Source: the human T2T-CHM13v2.0 reference genome, Homo sapiens
NCBI RefSeq assembly: GCF_009914755.1
Contig: NC_060931.1
DNA: 64,000 nt
Reading direction: 5' to 3' (one strand)
Shown: positions 51,136 to 64,000 of the stretch, one piece after another
How the letters are laid out: every line of letters starts with the position of its first letter
Numbering within the stretch: the first letter of the stretch is position 1
Position numbers and translations under genes: made by a program
Notes under the pieces: model-generated
Databases searched by the model: none
What the model was told of the DNA's origin: nothing
What the model saw: only the letters and a program-made list of their open reading frames with translations

Positions 51136-53446
51136 TGATATGGTTTGGCTCTGTATTCCCACCCAAATCTCATCTTGTAGCTCATCTTGTAATCCCCATG
51201 TGTTGTGGAGGGACCCAGTGGCAGATGATTGAATCATGAGGGCGGGTCTTTCCTGTGTTGTTCTGGTGATAGTGAATGGGTCTCACGAGATCTGATGGTT
51301 TTAAAAACAGGAGCTTCTCTGTATAAGCTCTCTCTTTGCCTGCTGCCATCCATGTAAGATGTAACTTGCTCCTCCTTGCCTTCTGCTATAATTGTGAGGC
51401 CTCCCAAGCCATGTGAAACTGTAAATCCAATAAACCTCCTTCTTTTGTAAATTAGCCAGTCTCAGGTTTGTCTTTATCAGTGGTGAGAAAACAAACTAAT
51501 ACAATCAATTGGTACTAGAAGTGGAGTGCCTTTGATAAGATACCTGAAAATATAGAAACGACTTTGGAACTGAGTAACAAGCAGAGGTTGGAAGAGTTTG
51601 GAGGTCTCAGAAGAAGACAAGAAAATGTGGGACTGTTTGGAACATCCTAGAGACTTGTTGAATGGCTTTGCCCAAAATGCAGATTAGCAAAATGGACAAT
51701 AAAGTCCAGGCTGAGTTGGTCTCAGATGGAAATGAGAAACTTGATGGGAACTGAAGCAAAGGTGACTCTTGTTATGTTTTAGCAAAGAGACTGGTGACAT
51801 TTTGCCCCTGCCCTAGAGATTTGTGGAACTTTGAACTTGAGAGAGATGATTTAGGGTATCTGGTGGAAGAAATTTCTAAGCAGCAAAGCATTCAAGAGAT
51901 GACTTGGGTGCTATTAAAGGCATTGAGTTTCAAAAGAAAAACAGAACATAAAAGTTTGGAAAATTTGCAGCCTGACAATGAAATAGAAAAGCAAATCCCA
52001 TTTTCTGAGGCAAAAATCCAAGCCTGCTTCAGAAATTTGCATAAGTAACAAGAAGTGGAATGTTAATCCCCAAGACAATGGGGAATATGTCTCCAGGGCA
52101 TGTCAGGGACCTTTGAGGCAGCTCCTCGTATCACAGGCCCAGAGGCCTAGGAGGAAAAAGTGTTTTTGTGGGCCATGCCCAGGGTCCCTATGATGTGTGC
52201 AGCCTAGGGACTTGGTGCTCTGTGTCCCAGCCTCTCCAGCCAGTAGCTGAAAGGGGCCAATGTAGAGCTCAGGTCATGGCTTCAAAGGGTGCAAGCCTCA
52301 AGCCTTGGAGGCTTCCACATGGTCTTGAGCCTGCAAGTGCACAGAAGTCAAGAATTAAGGTTTGGGAACCTCTGACAAGATTTCAGAGGATATATGGAAA
52401 CACCTGGATGCCTGGGCAGCAGTTTGCTGTAGGAGCAGGCTCCTCATGGAGACTCTCTGCTAGGTCAGTGCAGAAGGGAAATGTGAAGTGGCAGCCACCA
52501 CAGAGTCCCTACTGGGGCACCGCCTAGTGAAGCTGTGAGAAGAGGGCCACCATTCTCCAGATCCCAGAATGGTAGATCTACTGACAGCTTACACCATGCA
52601 CCTGGAAAAGCCGCAGACACTCAATGCCAGCCCAAGAAAGTAGCTGGGAGGGAGGCTGTGCACTGCAAAGCCACAGGGGTAGAGCTGCGCAAGACTATGG
52701 GAACCCACTTCATGCATCAGTGTGACCTGGATATGAGACCTGGAGTCAAAGGAGATCATTTTGGACCTTTAAGATTTGACAGCCCCACTGGATTATGGAC
52801 TTGCATAGGGCTTGTAGCCCCTTTGTTTTGCCCAATTTCTCCCACTTGGAATGGCTGTATTTACCCAATGCCTGTACCCTCATTGTATCTAGGAAGTAAC
52901 TAACTTGCTTTTAATTTTATAGGCTCATATGTGGAAGGGAATTGCCTTGTCTCTAATGAGACTTTGGACTGTGGACTTTTGAGTTAATGCTGAAATGAGT
53001 TGATACTTTGGGGGACTGTGGGTATGACATGATTGGTTTTGAAATATGAGGATATGAGATTTGGGAGAGGCTGGGCAGAATTATTTGGTTTGACTCTATG
53101 TCCTCACCCAAATCTCATCTTGTAGCTCCCATAATCCCCATGTGTTGTGGGATGGACACAGTGGGAGATGATTGAATCATGAGTGCAGGTGTTTTTCGTG
53201 CTGTTCTTGTGATAGTGAATGGGTCTCACAAGATCTGATGGTTTTTAAATTGGGAGTTTCTCTGTACAAGCTCTCTCTTTGCCTGCTACCATCCATGTAA
53301 GATGTGACTTGCTCCTCCTTGCCTTCCACCATGATTGTGAGGCCTTCCAAGCTATGTGGAACTATAAGTCCAATAAACCTCTTTCTTTTGTAAATTGGCC
53401 AGTCTTGGGTATGTTTTTATCAGCAGCATGAAAATGGACTAATACA
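51136..53446 (+). mobile_element. Full-length THE1 (A/B-type) MaLR provirus: 5' LTR 51136-51503, internal 51504-53080, 3' LTR 53081-53446
   Basis: TGATATGGTTTGG...ACTAATACA LTRs; ~1.6-kb internal region with broken MaLR ORF pieces (51794-52903); purine-rich tract before the 3' LTR; perfect TSD ATGTC at 51131-51135 and 53447-53451. Confidence 0.96.
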
Positions 53447-54049
53447 ATGTCATATAAGCTGTGTAGCTATCTAACTATAAAATGAATATGTCTTATAACT
53501 TAAACACTCCTTACTCCATGAGTTAGCTCACATAGTTCAATAGAGACTAAATGTAATATTCTGGCCCAGAGTATAGGCCTGATATGACAAAGATTTGGGA
53601 GGCTATCCTTGATGTCTCAAACCTCCCTTTGCTTTGCTTGTGTGTCTTGATAGAATGTATCCTTGAATTATGTAGCAAATCAAAATTCTGACATTACCTT
53701 ACCTTATTCATGTGAATCTGATTTGATAATATGATCTTTGTGATTGCTTGATCATCTGTTTATATCCTGCCTCTTAGAACATTGTCAGTATCAAATGTTC
53801 TCCCAAACTCAGTCTTATCACCACAATTTTCTTGACAAATATCATGGCACCACAAGACGTCCCAAATTCCCACATCATTCCCTTCCAGATTCTCTTCCCA
53901 ATAGGGCTCCAGTATTACCTTATCTGCTTTTATTCCATACCCCTCCTGAGATTTCTAATGCTTCTACTGTGCCCTTAGTACTCGGAGGATATAATCAGCA
54001 TAATGCTATGTTTCTCTGACATTTTTTTTTTCTGAATGATTTTCACAGT

Positions 54050-54600
54050 AACTTTTTTTAACTGTAACCTGATTTTCTTCTGAGGCACTACCCACTGAAA
54101 AAAAAATTTTCACATGGAAGCTGTTTTATCTTTCACATATTCTGTCTCACTGAGCCCAAAGATAGATGTCTATCTTGCTTCTCATTTCTTTTCATCTCAT
54201 TTTATCTCTATCATCCCGTAACTCTCACACTGACTACCCACTTTGGCACAATTTCCTACAAAACTTTGACAATTCATTCCTTGGTGACTTTAGCTGTCAC
54301 TCATTATAATGTGATGATTTGTCACAGTTAGCTGTTCCTAGCAGACATACATTGCTATGAATAGTTTTATTTATTCATCTGGAAAAATTGTAAGTGTCAT
54401 GAGATCCAAAGAATAACCACTTCTTTAGAATCCAAACCCTCTAACATCAAAGATACTTGCACCCTTTTCTCCAAATCTTTTCCACATTTTTAGAAAATAC
54501 TTCCAATAACTTGGTCTTCCAGTTCCTTGTCCTCCTGTTCTCCAATGGCCTTGACTTCTGGTCTATCTCAGCCACTCATTCCTATCTTTATACCATAACA
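54050..54600 (+). mobile_element. Decayed L2 internal remnant
   Basis: ttccttggtgacttta...cttggtcttccagttccttgtcctcctgttctccaatggcctt...tctcagccactcattcc. Confidence 0.45.
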
Positions 54601-55149
54601 TTTAATGCCTATTTTTTTTAGAACTCTGAAGTGTCTATTATTATTTATAAATCTTTTATATAGATATAGACACAGAAAAAAACACAAATCTATAGATACA
54701 GACATAAATAGAATTTGAGGAAACTTCTTGAGGACCTCCTCTCTCATTGGCCACCAACAAAATTAGGCATTTCTAACAGAGATTGGCAATGTTTATATAG
54801 CCTTTTGTAGATAACAAGGTGATTCTTCAGACATTCCCATACAATTGATACAAAATGATTTCTCCTCTGCTGATTTTTATTTCCATATGCAATGGCATTC
54901 ATTTTAAGAAATGTTTTTTGAAGATTCAATACTAACCCTTGATTTTTTAGCATAACTTTGGTACCTGATAATAACTTTTAAATTATCCACTTATTATTTT
55001 TTGTACCTGCCACGTATTAAATGTGTATCTGAAGGAGACAGAGACCAGTGATGTGTTTAAAATAGCAGAGACACTGAAGAAGTGATTATGTGATCTAAAT
55101 AGACAGGGATTGAGAAGCAGAAGGATGATCAGGGGAAATAACTAATATT

Positions 55150-55420
55150 TATTGTTTATTAAAGTAGAATTTACCTTCATCAGAATGTACAGGTATTAAC
55201 TGTTTATCTCAAGGAGTTTTACAATCATATACACCCATGTGGCCACTACCCAAAGCAAGATATAGAACATTTTCATGATTTAAGAGAGGGTTCTCATTCT
55301 TATTTTTAGTTCATCCTTCACAGAAAATTCCCTTCCTGACTTGTATCATCACTGCTCCTTTTGCCTTTGTTTGGACTACATAGGGATGGAGTTCATATCT
55401 TTTCACGCAAAAGATATTGA
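55150..55420 (-). mobile_element. L1M 3' end fragment
   Basis: catatacacccatgtggccactacccaaagcaagatatagaacatttt. Confidence 0.6.
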
Positions 55421-56559
55421 GAGAAATTCTAATCTTATAAGGGGAAATATGAATACTTATTATTTAAAAAATAAGCAGGAAGATAAATTCTCAACCAGTA
55501 AGAATTACGTTTAAAATAGAAAGAAGCTGTGTGTTTACAAGTAAAGCATGTATAATAGATGACAATTTCTCTTTCTCACACACACAAACACACACACACA
55601 AACTCACGTAAATACACAATATTATAAAGACAATGGAAATGAATAGAGCCTTAAACTGTAGTAAAAGTTGGATGGGCTATGGCTGAAGAAAGGAAGCTCA
55701 GACAGCAATCAGGGAATTTCAGGGAAACATAATCATCAGTGATTTGTAAAGATTAGGCTGTAGAGAAAGCCTGAGAAGCTATTTTTAAAATAAGCCTTAT
55801 AACATCACTAATCAGCAGTAGTGACTGGCCAAAATATCAGCATCGCACTGTAGTTTCTCACCTAAATGTTGATTTCACATTGATTCAAAAGGTTTTGTTT
55901 TTAAAGAGAAAATATTACTGCACTCCATTCTGATGTGGTTTGCTAGTATATGGATCAGGAAAAGAATGCATACATTAAGAACAGTAAAATACCCTCTATT
56001 GAATCACATTATTATATTTATCCTTGATTGTAACTATTTTATCCCCTGCAGTATACCCATTAGAAACAAAATGGGTGTCCTAAACACATACTGTCCTCTT
56101 CACTGTGGGTTAATGCCCTATATTAGTCTTAAGGTTTTTGCATAATATGATAGCACAACAACCAATCGAATGTGTACTTTTCTAGAATATGTGCAGTTTA
56201 TTTCCTAATTATATCCGTTGCTATTCCCGGTCTCACCTGCAGTCCCTGGACCTTTTTGAAACAAGTGAAGGACATTATTGTTGGTTATAGCACCTGAAAT
56301 AAGTGATTCCCGCAGATTGGTCTTCCTCTTTCAGTAAGAGAGATCTCTTTTAAAAAGAGATATCAAAGCAAAGCCTAATGGGACATTTTTCGTTGTCCTA
56401 ACTCTGCTTGGCATATCCAGTGTTAGACATTTCCCAAGAAATTGAACTGATGCCACTCTGACTCTCCTGGAATCAGTGCTCAAAAAAGCAACCAACCAGC
56501 AAGTTCTTGTAAAGCACGCTTCAGTCCGCATCACTCCTCAGTTCATAACCTTTTAGTGG

Positions 56560-58900
<2,341 letters not shown>

Positions 58901-59922
58901 AATAAGACATCCACAAACGTAGATAAAATACTGTCACAAACTCCCATGTATACACATCTATCAGTTTATGTGCATTGCATCAATAAATAAATAATTCTAC
59001 AGAAATTAAAGTTAATTAACTAGAACAACTTATATGAATAGCTATGATTCTCGAAAGAGTTGTATAACAGATGCAAATTCCCAGATGTGTATGATAGAAC
59101 ATCATTTAAGTTTAGATGTAATAATTTATAGCTAATATTTAAGAAAATATATCACAAAAATATTGCTATAGGCTAGTTTTAATACTACTGCTCAATTCTG
59201 CGATAATTTCACTGTTATCCCTTCCAAAACTGTTCTTATGTTTTATTATGTCCTCACAGTCTGCAGCAACTTGTATGGCATTTTAGTTCTGATGTCTTCC
59301 TTTTCAAATTGCTGGCAGAGGGCACCTAGTTTCTGGTTTTAGGGTTCACACAGGGCATTATCTCCCAAAAAGTTCAATCCAATGTCTTTTCAGTACTAGG
59401 AGGGATTTAAACCTTAGAGTTCAAATTCCCTCTAGAAATAAAAAGAAGGGATTTAACATTTAGAGTTTGATATGAGATGGAATGACAAGGCATGGCGTTG
59501 CGAATAATTTGGGCGGAGCTATAATTCTACTTCACTGTTTATGAATAGAAAACACTATTTTAGATGACTGACCAATTTTTTTAAAAACCATACCTATTAT
59601 TTTCTTCTCCTCGCAACATCATGTTAGGGTAAGAGTGGTGCTGGGTTTTTTTTGTCTTTTTTTTCTCTCCTTTCTAAGATTTGTTCTTTGTTAAAAGAGA
59701 CAGAAATGCCATGCTTCAGTATTATTCAGAGGCAATATATATTATATATTCCATAGTTTGGAATTTATCAATATTTAGTTGCATCTAATATTTCCTTGAA
59801 GCAAGTTGGAATTTTCCACTTAGCAATTTTTATGTAAGATTCAGATCATAAGTGCACATACTGGAACATGAGTTAAAGATGGGATGAGGAAGGATGAGAT
59901 TGTTGTTATCCTAGAAACTAGT

Positions 59923-60292
59923 TGATAGCGTTTGCCTGTGTCCACACCCAAATCTCATCTTGAATTATAACCCCTACAATTTCCATGTGTTATCAGAGGG
60001 CCAGGTGGGAGGTGATTGAATTATGGGGGCAGGTCTTTCCTGCACTGTTCTCTGGATAGTGAATGAGTCTCACGAGATCTGACGACTTTAAAATGGGAGT
60101 TTCCCTACACAAGCTCTCATTTATTGCCTGCCGCCATCCACATAAGATGTGACTTGCTCCTCCTTGCCTTCTGCCATGATTGTGAGGCTTCCCCAGCCAT
60201 GTGGATCCGTAAGTTCAATTAAACGTCTCTCTTTTGTAAATTGCCTAGTCTTGGGTATGTCTTTATCAGCAGCATGAAAATGGAATATTACA
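59923..60292 (+). mobile_element. THE1 solo LTR
   Basis: tgata..gtttgcctgtgtccacacccaaatctcatcttgaatt...tttatcagcagcatgaaaatggaatattaca; TSD CTAGT/CTAAT. Confidence 0.93.
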
Positions 60293-60459
60293 CTAATAAT
60301 AGTTAAGTAAAGAATTTAGAATTTGAAAGTTAAGTAAGTAATTTAGACGTTACCATATTGGGAAGTAAAATGGAAACATTAACTTCACTTTACAATTGTT
60401 TTTTTCAACTATATGGCATGTTAGATACAAGACAAAAAAAAAAAACGAGAAAGCAAACA

Positions 60460-60545
60460 CTAGGACCCATCTAACACCAACTAATTCAGAATCGCTGAGG
60501 GCTGGGCTCAGGTGTTGGTAATTTTAAAATTATCTCCTAAGTTAC
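60460..60545. mobile_element. MER5-like DNA transposon fragment
   Basis: ccaactaattcagaatcgctgagggctgggctcagg...ttttaaaa. Confidence 0.45.
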
Positions 60546-62216
60546 AAGGAGTGAGTGTTGAAATACTCACCAGAAAAGTATTTAAAATCAAATGTTAATA
60601 AGCAACACTATTAGATGGTAATTAACATATTAAATGTGCAGGCTTTAATTATATATGTGTGTGTGTGTATAATATATATTTGGATTTAGACCCTCTATAT
60701 TTCATAGCTAATTAAAATAATTATTATGTTCCAATATTTACTTCCTATAATGGGTCTTTAAATGTATTCAGAAATAACCAAACTATCATTTTAGTTTTTA
60801 ATTGTTTAAAATTAAACAATTTAATTGTTTAATTTTATTAAAATTTAAATTAAAATTGGGGAAAAAAATCTTTGAGACTAAAGGATATGCAATTAAACTC
60901 ACTAGCCAGTGTACAATTTCCATGGAAAATAAAACTAAATGTTCTGAACATCACAATATTCATCAAGGAGGAAAAAAAAGCCCTTTGCTATGGGCTTTTG
61001 TATGGTTAAATTTTTAGAATATTTATAAAAATAATCCATATAAAAAAGACATTATTTAAAATATAGCAAGAAAGGAAGATGCTCTGGAAAATAGGATCTG
61101 TATCATTTCAGTTAATAAAACAAAATATGATGACTCAAGAGACATAAAGGAAAACAATATGAAGACGACTTTTGAGCATCAGGTTTAGAGAATATGTTTA
61201 TGTAAGAACTCCATTTCAAAAGACAACTCTTTTTCTTTAGGAAAATTTATAGACGGTCTTTTTGAATGTCAAATGTGACAGATGCCCATCCTCATAGCTA
61301 GAATGAAGGATAAAGAGATAGTTGAGTTACAATGATTAAAGTTGGGGAATTTTTAGCTTCTTGGGACAACCCGGTAGACTCATGGGGGAAAAAAAAGCCT
61401 CAACAACATGGTAGATCGCCAGCAACAGTCTGAGAAGGGAAGAAGGACTCTTGTAGGATTTGATTTGCCTTTGAAGAGAGGCAAGGGAATAACTACGTAG
61501 GAGTGGGAAGAGGGTATCAGGCCAAGAAGGAGCCAGGGTTTTATAAACCCACAGTTTGGAGTCTTGATCCATTTCATTTTATTTTAAATTTTAAAAAGAG
61601 TGTGACCCCATGTGTATGAATTACACACACCTAACAAGCCCTTCTAGATAGTCCAAAAATAAACTTCATGAATACCAAAACTATAAATCCAGGATTCTCA
61701 AATTAGGGCACTTAAGAATAGACTCCAGTGTGGTGTGAGAAGAGATGGAGTTAGAAGAAGGATAAATAGTCTTAAAATAGGGTACACAGACTATGGGTTA
61801 CACTAAAACTTTTCAAAGAACAACATAGCCATAAATATTAAGATAATTAATCAGTGGATTCTAATTTCCATTTTTACTCCTTCCTAAAAGATATAGCTAC
61901 AGTCCAGGTCTCTTGTTCATTTTCCATTTCCCTTTCTCTTTTCAAAATTACTCTTCTCTCACTTTACAAAAGAAAGGCACATTTGTCCAGCCTGCCAGAA
62001 CTTTTTAGCACTCTTCAAGTTTTCAGTGTTGCTCAGCAGTGGAGTGCACAAAATTCTCGGGAACAAAGGGACAATTCTAATTATTAGTGTTGAGGGGCCT
62101 CCTTCAATCAAGACAACAAAAACCTTTAGTGTGTTTTGTATCTTTCTATGCTTTTTACATATTTTTGTTCAGGACAATGGATGGTATTAGCGATAGGATA
62201 TTTTGGCCTGTGTAAG

Positions 62217-62634
62217 TGCGATACCATGGAGTTTGTCCCCGCAAACTTCATGTTAAACTTTGGTCCTCAATGTTGAAGGTGGGACCTAATGGGAGGTGTT
62301 TTGGCTCATGGGGACAGCCATTCCCTCATGAACGGCTTGGTGCCATCCTTGCAGTAATGAGTTCTCTTTTTATTAGTTCCCAAGAAAGTTGATTTTTAAA
62401 AAGAATCTGCCACCTCCCCCCGCTTCTTACATCCTCTCTCATGTGAACTCTGCACATCCCAGCTCTCCCTTTCCTGCTACCACAAGTGGAAGCAGCCTGC
62501 AGCCTTCATCAGAAGCAGATGCTGGTGCCGTGCTTCTTGTACAGCCCGCAAAGCTGTAGGCCTAGTAAATCCCTTCTCTATAAATTACTCAACCTCAGTT
62601 ATTCCTTTATAGAAACGCTAAATAGACTAAGACA
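62217..62634 (+). mobile_element. MSTB-like solo LTR
   Basis: tttgtcccc.caaacttcatgtt...ggtgggacctaatgggaggtgttt...agaagcagatgctggtgcc...agactaagaca. Confidence 0.88.
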
Positions 62635-63696
62635 GTTGGATAATCTGAATTCATGAATATTGTAGAGCATGGTGGTAGAATTAAGGAAAAATTCCCTTTA
62701 ATGTCTTTCCCTCTACTCTTCAATAACTATTGTCAAATAGTACATTATTCCTGAAGAATAGTTATTTGAGAATTTTGGCAAAAGTTTTTTTTTAATGCTA
62801 TGAATCCATCTCCTTCTAAAAATATTACTTACAAAATTTCTGAAATCTACGAAAAAGCTATTAATTTTTAATTATAAAACATTAATATTAGTAAAAGTGT
62901 AAGTAAAGCTAGAAATCTCATTTAGCCACCAACATTATCTTGGGAGCCTTTTAAATTAGCTTTTCCCAGTGTGAAAGCTAGGACTTAGTGTAGGAAAAAT
63001 TATAATATCTGTTGCACTATTGATAGTTTAAAAATATTAGATGCAAAGTCTATCATGGAAATTAAATTGGTATCCTGTGAATACAGAACTATACTTTACA
63101 GATATCAGAAAACAGGAGAGAACATTGTTCAATACATTTTGTCAAAACTTGCTGTAAATAAAGAGTACAATTTGAGTGATGAGGTCCAGGGATGTTTCCA
63201 ATCTCTATCTATTAAAATTGGATATTCATATGTATTTTAAAGAAAATCTTCATTAATGACTATGTGTGATGTGCAATTCTTGTCAAATAATATTATCCTA
63301 TAAACATATGTCCAGAACACTATCACTGTTGTTTGAGTAGATTCTGGCTGGATGGGCAGTGATCAGGCACAAGAATGGTTTACTGTTCATCCTTCCACTT
63401 TAAAAATTACCTTATTTGAGGAATGCTATTTTTAAAATAATCTCTTTAAATTATGTGTCAACTGTATACATTGGTCAGTATTGAAAAAACAGAAATTCAA
63501 ATATCTTAAAATAGTAGATTATAGCAATGTAAGAATCTGAGTAGATATGAAGAAATGTATGTGCTGATGTTTTAAATTAGGCATTCATGAGGAGCTAGTA
63601 AAGTAAAACAGAAATAGTCAATCTGGAAATTGTGGAATGTAGTTGGAAGCTTTAGTAAGACATGAGTTTTACATTTATGAAGAGTAAAGTAAGTAT

Positions 63697-64000
63697 AGCC
63701 TGGGTGTGGTGGCTCATGCCTTTAATCCCAGCACTTTGGGAGGCCAAGGTGGGTGGATCACTTGAAGTCAGGGGTTTGAGACCAGCCTCGCCAACATGGT
63801 GAAATGCTTTCTCTACTAATAATGCAAAAATATGCCGGGCATGGTGGTGCACACCTGTAATCCCAGCTACTCAGGAAACTGAGGCAGGAGAATCACTTGA
63901 ACCTCAGAGGTGGAGATTGCAGTGAACTGAGATCACACCACTGCACTCCAGCCCAGGACAGAACAAGACTCTCTAAAAAAAAAAAAAAAAAAAAAAAAAA
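63697..64000 (+). mobile_element. AluS with a long A tail running off the window end
   Basis: Full dimer followed by at least 26 A. Confidence 0.92.

Noticed and set aside
51794-52903. Three consecutive ORFs as an operon-like novel system
   Set aside because: Frameshifted pieces of the THE1 internal region.

Overview
AT-rich, CpG-depleted primate DNA, almost certainly human because it carries an essentially unmutated AluYd8. The first ~6 kb hold the end of the last intron, the very large terminal coding exon (2043-5712, + strand) and the 3' UTR of ZNF804B. The remaining ~57 kb are gene-poor, transposon-rich downstream sequence: 10 Alus, two 5'-inverted (twin-primed) L1 insertions, a full-length THE1 MaLR provirus with perfect TSD, several solo LTRs (THE1, MST, MLT1, MER21, LTR16), old L1M, L2, L3/CR1 and MIR remnants, and microsatellites. 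The other ORFs in the track are TE-derived or chance. I found no convincing new multi-gene biological system. The most notable signals are: conserved motifs in the ZNF804B tail that I know of no annotated domain for; a young AluYd8 whose (TA)22 appears to have grown out of its own TSD; two independent L1 inversions that break at almost the same L1 position; a tail-less L1 ORF2 fragment with a possible TSD; DUX-type motifs in THE1 LTRs; and several local templated duplications and inversions. Repeat subfamily names come from recalled consensus sequences and need RepeatMasker/Dfam confirmation. Boundaries of old repeats are approximate.
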